Source: Candidatus Moraniibacteriota bacterium (GTDB taxonomy: Bacteria; Patescibacteriota; Minisyncoccia; Moranbacterales; UBA1568). Taken from it: a stretch of 64,000 nucleotides of DNA. This document shows, piece after piece, positions 36,917 to 46,768 of this stretch. Within the stretch, counting starts at the first letter, position 1. Every line of letters starts with the position of its first letter. The notes beneath the pieces are model-generated. The model was not told the origin of the DNA, did no database searches, and saw nothing but the letters and a program-made list of their open reading frames with translations. Made by a program: the position numbers and the translations under genes. The stretch spans positions 65,307-129,306 of the forward strand of contig JAUSGT010000003.1 of NCBI GenBank assembly GCA_030648835.1. Direction: 5' to 3'.

Positions 36917-37061
36917 TAGATGGTTGTACATGGTATGCCCGGTAGTAGAACTTTGAAAGTAATAGAAATGAGGTTATATCTTTTGGAAAGTACAAATAGA
37001 GTAAAAGATGCTTTTAGATTACGGTAATTTTAAATAGTTATTCAAAGTTTCACTACCGGGT

Positions 37062-37787
37062 ATGAATAACAAGAAAAACAAGATAGCGATTTTTGACATC
37101 GATGGAACGATTTTCCGTAAAAATCTCCATTTCGAGCTGATCAACGAATTGACGTGGATGAAAATTTTTCCCGCTAAAGCACGCAACACGTTGACGGAAA
37201 TTTATACGAACTGGTTGGAACACGAGGGGACGTACGATGACTATCGCCAGGCTCTTGTGAGCCTTTATTCCGAGCACATCAAGGGCTGTTCGCAGGATGA
37301 AGTGCTCAAAGCCAGTCGGGTCATGGTTCCTTTTCATGCCAAGCGCACCTATATTTTTGCGGAAAAACTTATCAAGAAATTGCGTGTCGATGGATATCAC
37401 TTGATTGCGGTTTCCGGTTCACCTGTCGAGGTGGTTGAGGAATATAATCGGAATTATCTCAAATTTGACTACGCGTTTGGGAGTGTCTACGCCATGGATG
37501 ACGAAAAGCGCTATACGGGCAAAGCGGAGTTCGAACCTTCCAAAAACAAGGGGCATGTGGTAGAACAATATATGTATGAGCATAAACTCACCTTTGAAGG
37601 TTCCTATGGTGTGGGTGATACGGAATCAGATATCAGCTTTCTCAAACTTGTGGAAAACCCGATTGCTTTCAATCCCAATCAGAATTTGAAAGCGGTGGCA
37701 GAAAAAGAACAGTGGAAAATAGTCGTGGAGAAAAAGGATGTCGTTTATGAAATAGAGCCAGGATGCTCTCATAGTCCAAACATATGA
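37062..37787 (+). CDS. HAD-superfamily hydrolase (phosphoserine phosphatase-like subfamily IB)
   Basis: Motif I IAIFDIDGTI, motif II SGS, C-terminal GDTESD. Confidence 0.75.
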   Translation: MNNKKNKIAIFDIDGTIFRKNLHFELINELTWMKIFPAKARNTLTEIYTNWLEHEGTYDDYRQALVSLYSEHIKGCSQDEVLKASRVMVPFHAKRTYIFAEKLIKKLRVDGYHLIAVSGSPVEVVEEYNRNYLKFDYAFGSVYAMDDEKRYTGKAEFEPSKNKGHVVEQYMYEHKLTFEGSYGVGDTESDISFLKLVENPIAFNPNQNLKAVAEKEQWKIVVEKKDVVYEIEPGCSHSPNI

Positions 37788-37900
37788 ATATCAATAAAGA
37801 CCTCGATAAGTTCATGCTCGCGACGTTGTGGCTATGGTTGCCATTCCATGCTTTCTTTGCTCTTATCAAGGAGCTTATGGAACGTTTTGATAAAAAATAA
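37784..37900 (+). CDS. putative 38-aa hydrophobic small protein, ATGA-overlap coupled to the HAD gene
   Basis: MNINKDLDKFMLATLWLWLPFHAFFALIKELMERFDKK; start overlaps the HAD stop; ends 6 nt before the VanZ start. Confidence 0.3.
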   Translation: MNINKDLDKFMLATLWLWLPFHAFFALIKELMERFDKK

Positions 37901-37906
37901 CCTGGT

Positions 37907-38332
37907 ATGGCGACTCTCACCAGGCTTTCTCCTATTTTCTTACGAGGATTACCGCTTTTGATGTGGATGGGAGTAATTTTCTTTTTTTCTTCTCTCCCCG
38001 GGAGCGAACATCCTTACCAAGTAACGCTTTCATACTATGTGGAACGCAAGGGAGCGCATGTTGTTGAATATGCGGTACTTATGTTTCTCTCGCTGCGTTT
38101 TTTACTGGTCACTTTCCCTCGAGAAACATTTAAAAAGATTTTTCTTCTGGCGGTGGTTTTCTCGATCGCGTATGGAGCAACAGATGAACTACATCAATTT
38201 TTTGTGCTCTATCGGGGGGCCAAGGTAAGTGATGTTTTGGTGGATGGTTTTGGTGTTCTTCTGATGGGGGCGTTTATCTGGTTCATTATGGGGATGCGGC
38301 GTAAAAAGGGAATGACAGTGGATCGCAGGTGA
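37907..38332 (+). CDS. VanZ-like family membrane protein
   Basis: 4-TM VanZ-like pattern (GVIFFFSSLPGS..., RKGAHVVEYAVLMFL). Confidence 0.6.
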   Translation: MATLTRLSPIFLRGLPLLMWMGVIFFFSSLPGSEHPYQVTLSYYVERKGAHVVEYAVLMFLSLRFLLVTFPRETFKKIFLLAVVFSIAYGATDELHQFFVLYRGAKVSDVLVDGFGVLLMGAFIWFIMGMRRKKGMTVDRR

Positions 38333-38409
38333 AGTTCATTTGGGAATAGACTTTTTGTAGAATAAAAAAACTCCTGTCTTTGTGACAGGAGTTTTTATGT
38401 GAGAGAAGT

Positions 38410-38754
38410 TTACTTCACTGATTCGACAAATTTTTTGAAAATGTCAGGATTTTCAACTGCGAGCTCCGAAAGCACTTTGCGGTCGAGGGCGATGTTTTTG
38501 GTCTTCGCGATGGCGATGAACTGGCGATACATTATGCCATGTAAGCGGAGGGCTGTGTTGAGGCGGGTAATCCAGAGACTGCGAAAACTGCGCTTTTTGG
38601 AGCGGCGGTCACGCCGAGCGTACTTTCCGGCTTTGATGACAGCTTCTTTGGCTTTGGTGAAGAGGTTCTTGCGTCCCCAACGGAAACCTTTGGCAGCTTT
38701 CAAAACATTCTTGTGGCGTTTCTTGGTCATGACGCCTCTTTTGATCCTGGTCAT
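38410..38754 (-). CDS. rplT: 50S ribosomal protein L20
   Basis: MTRIKRGVMTKKRHKNVLKAAKGFRWGRKN... Confidence 0.95.
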   Translation of the reverse strand: MTRIKRGVMTKKRHKNVLKAAKGFRWGRKNLFTKAKEAVIKAGKYARRDRRSKKRSFRSLWITRLNTALRLHGIMYRQFIAIAKTKNIALDRKVLSELAVENPDIFKKFVESVK

Positions 38755-38755
38755 A

Positions 38756-38845
38756 TGGAGAAAAACGAATTATGAATTAGGAATTGTGAATCTTGAGCGG
38801 AAAGAAATTTTTTGATTCCTTATTCCTGATTCTTGATTCATCTGG
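38756..38845. repeat. heptamer repeat block (TAATTCN / GAATCTT units) between rpmI and rplT
   Basis: attatgaattaggaattgtgaatcttgagcgg...ttgattccttattcctgattcttgattcatctgg. Confidence 0.75.
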
Positions 38846-39046
38846 TTAAAACGAATAGGGGAGGGAATTCTTGATGTTCTTGGCGACTGCCGGGTAGACG
38901 CTGTTGTCTTGGCGCTTGGCTCGCGACTGTTTGCCGCTGTCGCGGGAATTGTGATGATTCTGGCCGGTGGCGCGAGTCTTCAATTTTCCGCTGCCGGTAA
39001 TTTTCACTTTTTTGCTGACTGATTTTCTGGTTTTGAGTTTTGGCAT
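38846..39046 (-). CDS. rpmI: 50S ribosomal protein L35 (start at MPKLKTRK)
   Basis: MPKLKTRKSVSKKVKITGSGKLK... Confidence 0.9.
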   Translation of the reverse strand: MPKLKTRKSVSKKVKITGSGKLKTRATGQNHHNSRDSGKQSRAKRQDNSVYPAVAKNIKNSLPYSF

Positions 39047-39125
39047 AACTTTGAAAATTTCCAATTCCTAATGTCTTATCAGGATTCTTATTAGAAATTA
39101 GATATTAGGTATTAGATATTTTGTC
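39047..39125. repeat. heptamer repeat block between infC and rpmI
   Basis: aaaatttccaattcctaatgtcttatcaggattcttattagaaattagatattaggtattagatatttt. Confidence 0.8.
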
Positions 39126-39131
39126 AACTTA

Positions 39132-39680
39132 TTATTCCGTTACGATGAGAGCGGTAAACCCCATCGGACCACGTTTCACTTCTTCTTCGAAACGGTGTGG
39201 GATGGCGATACTTTTGAGGAATCCGGTGAGATTTCCTTTGGCTTTCTCATACATCGCTTTTTCCCGACCGCGGAGCACTATTTCGACACGCACCTTATTT
39301 CCTTTGGTGAGGAATTTTTCCGCTTGCGTTTTTTTAAAAAGAAGATCATGTGTGTCGGTGCGGAAGCCGATGCGGATGCCTTTGGTCTCGACTTTTTTCT
39401 GTTTTGATTTGGCTTGCTGCTCCTGCTTGGCTTGACGATACTGGAGTTTGCCGAAATCGGTCACTTTGCACACCGGAGGGACTGCCAGGGGAGACACTTC
39501 GACGAGGTCCGCTTCTTGTTCCCGTGCCAATTGTAGCGCGGCCGCAATATCCATGGTGCCATGATTGATACCGGCGATATCGATAACCACTACCTGCGGG
39601 GCAAGAATCAGTTCATTCACGCGCGAACGAATCTTCAACTGCATTTTCGGTTTCGGTCGATTGTGACGTCTTCGTCTCAC
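39132..39680 (-). CDS. infC: translation initiation factor IF-3 (start uncertain; non-AUG start possible)
   Basis: N-domain RSRVNELILAPQVVVID, C-domain KTQAEKFL...; classic infC-rpmI-rplT order. Confidence 0.9.
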   Translation of the reverse strand: MRRRRHNRPKPKMQLKIRSRVNELILAPQVVVIDIAGINHGTMDIAAALQLAREQEADLVEVSPLAVPPVCKVTDFGKLQYRQAKQEQQAKSKQKKVETKGIRIGFRTDTHDLLFKKTQAEKFLTKGNKVRVEIVLRGREKAMYEKAKGNLTGFLKSIAIPHRFEEEVKRGPMGFTALIVTE

Positions 39681-39702
39681 TTTATTTTTTTCAAAAATTG
39701 TG

Positions 39703-40102
39703 TGGAGTTGATGGGAATTGCACCCATGTCCAGAAACATTTTCCCAAAATATTCTACAAGCTTAGAGTGCTTTGTGTAATGAAAGAAGTAAAAAGCAGAC
39801 AAAATCTCCATTCATTTTTTTCTTTCGCAATACGGCTGAGAAGAAGAAAGAAAAAGAAACTCTTCGGCCGTCTCGATTATATGACACCAGAGATTCCTTA
39901 CCGAGAATCGGGATTCTGATGGCTCCGCGCTAAAATTTAGGCGAGAGCAAGAGCGAAAGTTGGTGCGAACGCTTGCGCGATCGCATTCTTTGCTTTTGTG
40001 ATGAAGTTTGCATTTATCATCGTGAGAACGATTTTTACGATCATGTTCTCAAGATCGGCTTGCCTATTTTGAAAGTACGCCCTGTCGAGTCTAAACAACC
40101 CC
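39703..40102 (-). ncRNA. ssrA: tmRNA (ssrA), predicted; tag reading frame ANFITKAKNAIAQAFAPTFALALA-stop
   Basis: 5' end GGGGUUGUUUAGACUCGACAGGG matches the tmRNA 5' consensus GGGGnUGAUUnnGGnUUCGACGGG. 3' end GGACAUGGGUGCAAUUCCCAUCAACUCCA gives a T-arm plus an acceptor strand pairing with the 5' GGGGUUG (CCA not encoded). Internal ORF GCA AAC ... GCU CUU GCU CUC GCC UAA ends ALALA. Sits immediately downstream of smpB on the same strand. Confidence 0.7.
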
Positions 40103-40169
40103 GCACTACTTGCTTCGCAAGAAGTGCGGGGCAGGCCCTTTTTCTTGCAAACAAGGATTGCGCAATTGT

Positions 40170-40613
40170 CTACGATCTCATTGCCCGATTTATCCTTCTT
40201 TTGGCGTCGCGTTTACCAATATCTGAGCGCTTGTCGTAGGACTTTTTTCCTTTTCCAACAGCAAACTCCAACTTGACAAGTTGTTTCCTAGTATACAGGC
40301 GGATAGGCACGAGTGTCAAGCCTTCGGTGCGGTATTTCCCGATAAGAGAGCGAATTTCCCGTTTACGGAGGAGGAGTTTACGGGGGCGACCGGGTTCGTG
40401 TGTCGTATCACGATGGGCATGGGCATAACGGGGGATGAGAGCGTTCGTCAGGTACAATTCGTCCCCTTTGACCGTCACGAAGCTGCCTTTGAGGCTGGCG
40501 TGGCCTGTTTTGACCGACTTTACCTCCGATCCGGTCAACACCAAACCAGCCTCGAAGTGTCCTTCGAGGGCATAGTCGAACCCGGCTCGTTTGTTGGTGG
40601 CGATGACTGTCAT
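40170..40613 (-). CDS. smpB: SsrA-binding protein
   Basis: GFDYALEGHFEAGLVLTGSEVKS...GLTLVPIRLY; 147 aa. Confidence 0.9.
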   Translation of the reverse strand: MTVIATNKRAGFDYALEGHFEAGLVLTGSEVKSVKTGHASLKGSFVTVKGDELYLTNALIPRYAHAHRDTTHEPGRPRKLLLRKREIRSLIGKYRTEGLTLVPIRLYTRKQLVKLEFAVGKGKKSYDKRSDIGKRDAKRRINRAMRS

Positions 40614-40750
40614 AAGCGTGTACCTGTACTGTAGCGAAAGAAGGTGCTTATGGCAATGACAAATTTCTATTGAGTGATAAAAAAACAGCTCGTCTTGTGG
40701 ATGTGAGGTCTACAAGTTGAGCTGGGTATCCGGCGTAGCGGAAGTATTTT

Positions 40751-41995
40751 TCAGCGGTTGATATTGTCTGTGCGGTCCGGCCCGGTACCGACTTGGGTGA
40801 TGGGGACGCCGATACGCTGTTCGATGAATCGCACGTAGTTCTGGGCGGCTTGAGGCAGGTCTTCGAATTTATGAGTTCCTCGAATTTCCTGTTCCCACCC
40901 CTGTACGGTCACGTAGCTTGGAGTAACGGTTTCCAAACAGTTGATGACACCGGATGCCTTTGCGCAGAATCCGTCAGCGAAATATTCCGTGCACACCTGG
41001 ATTTCCGATAGCGTGTCGAGGATATCGAGTTTGGTAAGCCAAGCTTCCGTGAGGCCGTTCACTTTGACGGCGTATTTGATGGCAGGCAGATCGAGCCAGC
41101 CGCAGCGCCGATCGCGTCCGGTCGTGGCGCCGCGTTCATCACCGCGTTTTTGCAACAAAGCTCCGGTTTCATCGAGCAGTTCCGTGGGGAATGGACCATT
41201 GCCGACTCGTGTCGTATAAGCTTTGATGATGCCGATGACACGGGTGATGGCTCGGGCCGGGATGCCGAGACCGGTACACGCTCCGCCGATCGTGGTGTTG
41301 GATGAAGTGACAAACGGGTAGGTGCCGTGGTCGATATCGAGCAAGGTTCCTTGAGCGCCTTCCGCCAGGACGAGCTTGTTGTCAGCGAGCGCCGAGTGAA
41401 TGAGATCCACCGTGTCGCTTACAAATGGCCGGAGATCCTCGCAGGCCGAGAAGAATTCCGCGAGAACCAAAGCATCCTCTTTTTCATCGATACTTTTGAG
41501 GTAGTCATCAACGCGCAGTCGCGTCTTTTGTTTGAAGAGGGGTGAAAGTATGTCGCCCGCGCGAAAGCCCAAACGGCTTATTTTGTCGGTGTAGGCCGGG
41601 CCAATTCCGCGCCCCGTCGTCCCGATAGCATGTGATTTTTCCATCCTGGCATCGCGATCACGGTGGAGCGGCAAGATGAGGTGGGCATTGCGCGCAATGT
41701 GGAGACGTCCGCGAATGTTTTGGACGCCTTGTTTATCGAGGGCGGCAATCTCTTGGCAGAGCGTGATCGGGTTGATCACCATACCGCCTCCGAGTATGCA
41801 GAGCGGTCTCGGTTGCAGAATGCCGGAGGGGACTTGATGGAGGACCGTTTTCTGACCATCGATAATGATGGTATGGCCGGCATTCGGTCCGCCTTGGAAG
41901 CGGGCGACAATGTCGGCATTTTCAGCCAGAAAATCGGCGCCTTTACCTTTTCCTTCATCGCCCCATTGAGTACCTAAAATCACGGTGACTGGCAT
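40751..41995 (-). CDS. purA: adenylosuccinate synthetase (start at MPVTVILGTQWGDEGKGK)
   Basis: GTQWGDEGKGK P-loop, GPNAGHT, TTGRGIGPAY. Confidence 0.9.
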   Translation of the reverse strand: MPVTVILGTQWGDEGKGKGADFLAENADIVARFQGGPNAGHTIIIDGQKTVLHQVPSGILQPRPLCILGGGMVINPITLCQEIAALDKQGVQNIRGRLHIARNAHLILPLHRDRDARMEKSHAIGTTGRGIGPAYTDKISRLGFRAGDILSPLFKQKTRLRVDDYLKSIDEKEDALVLAEFFSACEDLRPFVSDTVDLIHSALADNKLVLAEGAQGTLLDIDHGTYPFVTSSNTTIGGACTGLGIPARAITRVIGIIKAYTTRVGNGPFPTELLDETGALLQKRGDERGATTGRDRRCGWLDLPAIKYAVKVNGLTEAWLTKLDILDTLSEIQVCTEYFADGFCAKASGVINCLETVTPSYVTVQGWEQEIRGTHKFEDLPQAAQNYVRFIEQRIGVPITQVGTGPDRTDNINR

Positions 41996-42169
41996 GTTGT
42001 GCTCCTTCGTTATCAGGAAAACGCCGTTAAAAAATTGGGAAAAAACCTTTCGTATCATACTCTCATCGCTTATTCTGTCAATTTCATTTCATATATAATT
42101 GAGACAAAAAAAGAACGGCGCCAAGAGTAGCACGCCGCCTTGTTTCGCAAAGCTTTGCGATAAAATTTG

Positions 42170-43684
42170 TCAGCTCGTTGTGACACGTACGGCCATTTGT
42201 TGTTGACCGGCTCCCGAAAAGCGGAGCCATGTGTACGGGTCATCACCACGCTTATGCAGCTCGGTGATGTTTTTCACTCCGAGGTGGCCGAAGCCTCCGC
42301 GCATGAGCTCATCGTCCTTGTCCCACCAGTCGAGCAACGGTCCGCGATTACGTACCCAACCATCCACACCTTCCGGTGCCGACTTGGTAATGCCATAGCG
42401 ATCCGAACTCCGATCGTTGATAGCGCCGACACTGGCCATCCCACGGTAGCGATTTTCCATGAAACCGTTGATCTCTCTTCTGAGGTTTTTGATCTCAGGC
42501 GATCCGGACTCGTTTGCTGCCGCCAGCCACTCTCCGGCCATGACTGTATGGGCGCCGGCGAGCAACGCGCGCACTGCAAACCCAGGACCGGAAATGCCTC
42601 CATCGGCGATAATATCCGGAGCATGAAGCCCTTTGGCCTTGAGGTATTTCTGAGCAAAGCGCAGTTCACGAATCAGCGTCCACATGGGAACGCCTACACC
42701 GGTTACTTGGCTCGTCGTGCATATGGAACCCGAACCGATACCGGCTTTGACGGCATGCACACCGGTTTCGGCCAAGCGCACATAACTGTCTACGCTTGCG
42801 ACGTTGCCGGCGATGACTGCTCCACGATCGGCGACAAGTTTCACTACACGTTTGGCTTGTTTGATGACGGGGGAACAATTTCCATGCGAGCTGTCGATGA
42901 CATAGATCGCTACGCCAAGTTGGAGTCCGCGCTTTACGCGCAAGATATCCCTGTTATGAACGCCGATGGCCATGCCGACGAGAGGCTTGCCGTTATGCCA
43001 AGCAGGATTTGCATGGCGTACGTCTTTGACAAAATACATGCCGTGGAAAATACCATTTTTATCCATTACCGGCAAGACACGGCAGTTCTTTTCGTTTAAT
43101 AGCCGATGTCGGATAGTCTCAAAGGGGGTTTCTGGAGACACCGTTTTCAAGTGCTTCAGTGGTTTCATCCACTTTGCAACAGAGTGTTCCTCTTTCCCTT
43201 CCCATGAGATGTCACGGGCGAATATCATCCCCACCAATTTTTTCCCTTCAAGAACGGGATATGTCGAGTGGTGGGTGCGTTTGTATGTTTCCTCCACTTT
43301 ACGAATCCGATCATTCATCCGCAGGCATATCGGCTTGGCTTTCAGAAACGGTTTCGTATTGACGGCTTCCTTGGCCCAGGCCAGCTGTGTTTTTGCAAGA
43401 CGATGACGAAATATAACCGCAGCGCCACCGATTTTTGACATAGCTTGAGCCATTGGTGTGCCGGACACCGTGTCCATAGCGGCTGCCAAAACAGGCGTGT
43501 TCATGGTAACCGGACCAATACGCGTTTCGAGAGACGCCGCTTTTGGGTCAGTCTCGGTGTAGAATTCACGGTAGGAAGCTTCATACAACGTGTACCCCGG
43601 CGTGATGTTGACGGCAGCGTTTTCATCGAGATTCGGGTACAGTGCCGCATAAATCATTTGTGCCACAGGGTGCATGGGGTGCAT
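42170..43684 (-). CDS. guaB: IMP dehydrogenase (with CBS pair)
   Basis: Catalytic loop GIGSGSICTT, AAAMDTVSG, CBS region; 504 aa. Confidence 0.85.
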   Translation of the reverse strand: MHPMHPVAQMIYAALYPNLDENAAVNITPGYTLYEASYREFYTETDPKAASLETRIGPVTMNTPVLAAAMDTVSGTPMAQAMSKIGGAAVIFRHRLAKTQLAWAKEAVNTKPFLKAKPICLRMNDRIRKVEETYKRTHHSTYPVLEGKKLVGMIFARDISWEGKEEHSVAKWMKPLKHLKTVSPETPFETIRHRLLNEKNCRVLPVMDKNGIFHGMYFVKDVRHANPAWHNGKPLVGMAIGVHNRDILRVKRGLQLGVAIYVIDSSHGNCSPVIKQAKRVVKLVADRGAVIAGNVASVDSYVRLAETGVHAVKAGIGSGSICTTSQVTGVGVPMWTLIRELRFAQKYLKAKGLHAPDIIADGGISGPGFAVRALLAGAHTVMAGEWLAAANESGSPEIKNLRREINGFMENRYRGMASVGAINDRSSDRYGITKSAPEGVDGWVRNRGPLLDWWDKDDELMRGGFGHLGVKNITELHKRGDDPYTWLRFSGAGQQQMAVRVTTS

Positions 43685-43825
43685 GGATTTGCTCCTTGGT
43701 GAGGGTTGATCGAGATGCCAAATGTTAAAATAACTATACAGACGATGATACAGGATAGAGGGTGCGGAGTCAACTTTGAACTCTTCCCTTTTTGGCTTTT
43801 ATACGCTACGATAAGGAGTATGAAA

Positions 43826-45451
43826 ATGATTTTGGAACGGGAAATTCGGACTGTTTTGGAAGCGTTGCAAAAAGCGGGAGCTCTGCCTCCTTTTCCGTTG
43901 CCGGAAATTCTGGTGGAGCGGCCCAAAGAAGATCAATTCGGGGAGTACAGTTCGAATGTGGCTCTCATGCTTGCCAAACAGGCGAAGAAAAATCCGATGG
44001 AATTGGCGCAGATAATAGAATCTGGAATCTTGAATCTGGAATCTGGAAACAAGAATGAAATTATAGAGAAGATTGAGGTGGCAAGTCCCGGGTATATTAA
44101 TTTTTATCTTTCCCAGAAAGCTTTGGGGGCCGTTGTGGAAGAAGTGCTGGTAAAAAAGGATCGGTACGGGGCCGGTGAAATTGGCAAAGGAGTGAAAGTA
44201 AATAATGAATTCATTTCTGCCAACCCGACCGGGCCGCTGCATCTTGGCAACGGACGGGGTGGATTCTATGCCGACGTATTGTCACGCGTACTGCGTAAAG
44301 TTGGTTATGATGTGGTTAACGAATACTATGTGAATGATGCCGGGGAGCAGATTCTCAAATTGGGGCACAGCGTTCTCAAGGATAGTGAAGTGGTGTATGA
44401 GGGGAATTATGTTGATGCGTTGCATCAACGAATCATGAATCATGAATCAGGGATCACGGAAGAAAGTGATTCTAAAGAAGCAGGAGCATGGGCAGCGCAG
44501 GAGATTTTGGAAAACATGATCAAAAAAACAGTCGAGCAAGCGATGCATATTTCGTTTGATGTTTGGACTTCCGAACGGAAGCTTTTCGAGGATGGCTTGG
44601 TTGATGAAGCAATCGAAAAACTGAAATCTGCAGGAATGACTTTCGAAAATGAAGGGGCCCTTTGGCTGAAAACTTCCGAACAGGGCGATGACAAGGATCG
44701 TGTGCTTATCAAAGCAGACGGCAAAAAAACATATTTGGCATCCGATGCGGGTCATATCCTGAGTTATCTCAAGAGCAAGGTTGATACTATTTTAGAAACT
44801 TTTGGTGCCGATCATCATGGGTATACGAAACGTTTTGAAATTGTTGCTCGGGCGCTTGGTTTCACGGGTGAGATTCATTTTACGTTGGTGCAGCTGGTCA
44901 AGGTAGTGAAAGACGGCGAGGAAGTCCGCATGAGCAAGCGGGCGGGGAATGTCATCACCATCGACGAGCTGATTGAGAAAGTAGGACACGATGTGGCGCG
45001 CTTCTTTTTCCTTCTGTACGCGCCGGAAACCCAAATGAACTTTGATCTTGGGTTGGCCGAAGAACATTCGGAGAAGAACCCGGTTTTTTACGTCCAGTAT
45101 GCTCACGCGCGGCTTGCCAGTATTTTGCGAAAAGCTGAGGAGGAGGGTTTCACAAAAAATGGCGGTGATCTCAATCTTCTCGTCCATCCGAAAGAGCGGG
45201 GACTGATTCGCGAGCTTATGTTCTTTCCGGAACTGATTGAAACGATTGCCCGAGATTTCTCCGTGCACAGACTGCCGCAGTATGCCATCCGTTTGGCCGA
45301 TAAACTCCATTCTTTTTATGCTGACTGTCGCGTGCTGGATGAAGAGGATAAGCCGCTCACATACGCCCGTTTGGAGCTTATCTCGGCGGTGAAAATCGTT
45401 TTGGCAGAGACGCTCCACGTGATGGGAATCACGGCACCGGAAAAAATGTAA
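43826..45451 (+). CDS. argS: arginyl-tRNA synthetase (start at second ATG, 7 nt after AAGGAG)
   Basis: Class I HIGH-like PTGPLHLGNGRG; ArgS-specific C-terminal anticodon-binding domain; in-frame heptamer-repeat insertion LESGILNLESGNKN. Confidence 0.9.
   Translation: MILEREIRTVLEALQKAGALPPFPLPEILVERPKEDQFGEYSSNVALMLAKQAKKNPMELAQIIESGILNLESGNKNEIIEKIEVASPGYINFYLSQKALGAVVEEVLVKKDRYGAGEIGKGVKVNNEFISANPTGPLHLGNGRGGFYADVLSRVLRKVGYDVVNEYYVNDAGEQILKLGHSVLKDSEVVYEGNYVDALHQRIMNHESGITEESDSKEAGAWAAQEILENMIKKTVEQAMHISFDVWTSERKLFEDGLVDEAIEKLKSAGMTFENEGALWLKTSEQGDDKDRVLIKADGKKTYLASDAGHILSYLKSKVDTILETFGADHHGYTKRFEIVARALGFTGEIHFTLVQLVKVVKDGEEVRMSKRAGNVITIDELIEKVGHDVARFFFLLYAPETQMNFDLGLAEEHSEKNPVFYVQYAHARLASILRKAEEEGFTKNGGDLNLLVHPKERGLIRELMFFPELIETIARDFSVHRLPQYAIRLADKLHSFYADCRVLDEEDKPLTYARLELISAVKIVLAETLHVMGITAPEKM
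44020..44053 (+). repeat. GAATCTG heptamer tandem repeat (x4) in-frame inside argS
   Basis: gaatctggaatcttgaatctggaatctggaaac. Confidence 0.8.
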
Positions 45452-45470
45452 TCCCGTTGAAACGGGATTA
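45449..45470 (+). terminator. hairpin immediately after argS stop
   Basis: TAATCCCGTTgaaAACGGGATTA, perfect 10-bp stem; no strong T-run, so function uncertain. Confidence 0.45.
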
Positions 45471-45697
45471 CCCTGAGCGGAGCATCGCTAAAGGCGAGCG
45501 GAGTCGAATGGTCTTTATTATCGAATGATCAGATATAAAAAATGCTCAAGAGATACAAACAAAGAAAGAAGTACAAAAGGGCGCTCAACTTTGATGAGAA
45601 AGCCCTTCATTTTATGGTCAAGGTTTTTGGTTCGGCAGCTCTCTTTTTTATTGCCGCCATCGGTATGGATGCGTATCATATATTTCATTAAACCAGT

Positions 45698-46270
45698 ATG
45701 TCTTTTCGTATCACTTTCTACCTCGTTCGCCATGGCGAATCGGAAAACAACGTGAGCAATATCGCCAACTCTCTGCCGGAAGAGATACAATATCACCTTA
45801 CCAAAAAGGGGCGAGAACAGGTCGAGGAAACGGCCATGCTGTTGGCGAAGAATGGGGCGACCGCGATTTTTGCCTCACCGCTTCTCCGGACCCGTGAAAC
45901 GGCAGAAATTATTTCCGAAAAAACCGGTTTGCCGATCGTATTTGATGAGCGCTTATGCGAACTGGGCAATGGTATATTCAACAATCGTCCAATACGGGAA
46001 TTTTTGGAGAAATACCCCGATCCGCATATGCGTGTCAGTCCTGATCCGGCAGATGGCGTAGAAAGTTTGATAGACATGCGTGGACGGCTCGAAAGCTTTC
46101 TCCGCGATGTGGAGAAGCGTTATCCGGAGGGGAAAATAATAGTTGTTTCTCATGGTGATCCGTTGGAGCAATTTCATGGTATCCTTACCAATGAAAGCCC
46201 CGGTCAGTCGGCTTCCGGTTGGATGCCCGAAAACGCTTCGCATATGGAAGTAAAGTGGGAAGCGAAATGA
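45698..46270 (+). CDS. histidine phosphatase family protein (phosphoglycerate mutase-like)
   Basis: LVRHGESENN catalytic motif, second His in VSHGDPL. Confidence 0.8.
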   Translation: MSFRITFYLVRHGESENNVSNIANSLPEEIQYHLTKKGREQVEETAMLLAKNGATAIFASPLLRTRETAEIISEKTGLPIVFDERLCELGNGIFNNRPIREFLEKYPDPHMRVSPDPADGVESLIDMRGRLESFLRDVEKRYPEGKIIVVSHGDPLEQFHGILTNESPGQSASGWMPENASHMEVKWEAK

Positions 46271-46283
46271 GAGGGGGGCAGAC

Positions 46284-46760
46284 TTGCTAAATAGTGAGAC
46301 AAATAAAATGCTGTATTCGGAATATCTTGTTCGGTCGGCGGAAGATGTTTGTCATTTTTGTAACCCGCGTGATCGGAAGTTTATCGAAAACGAGGGAGCT
46401 TTTCTCACGTATGGCATTGCCCCCTATCATAAACATCATTTATTGGTTATACCGAAGAGGCACGTGCAGTCTTTTATGGAACTTGCCCGAGATGAAGCAG
46501 AACAGATATGGGATATCATCCGCAAGGCGAGCGCTATCTTGCTTGAACTGGGATACGAAAGCTATACTGTGGTCGTTCGGGAAGGGAAGAATGATGCCAA
46601 GAGTATGAAACATCTGCACTATCATATTATTCCGGAAGAGCACATCGGCGATTTGGATCACGAGGGGAATAAACGCGTTGTGATGAGCGAAAAAGAAATC
46701 CAAGCCGTTTCCCAAGACATTCAAAAAGCGATGCAAAAGCTAACGTTTACCGGGTTGTAA
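46284..46760 (+). CDS. HIT-family protein
   Basis: Histidine triad HLHYHIIP. Confidence 0.8.
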   Translation: MLNSETNKMLYSEYLVRSAEDVCHFCNPRDRKFIENEGAFLTYGIAPYHKHHLLVIPKRHVQSFMELARDEAEQIWDIIRKASAILLELGYESYTVVVREGKNDAKSMKHLHYHIIPEEHIGDLDHEGNKRVVMSEKEIQAVSQDIQKAMQKLTFTGL

Positions 46761-46768
46761 GCGAATAT

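Noticed and set aside
42167-43099. 310-aa plus-strand ORF and several ~150-aa ORFs in 42274-43406
   Set aside because: Antisense to, or out of frame with, guaB, whose catalytic motifs are clear on the minus strand.
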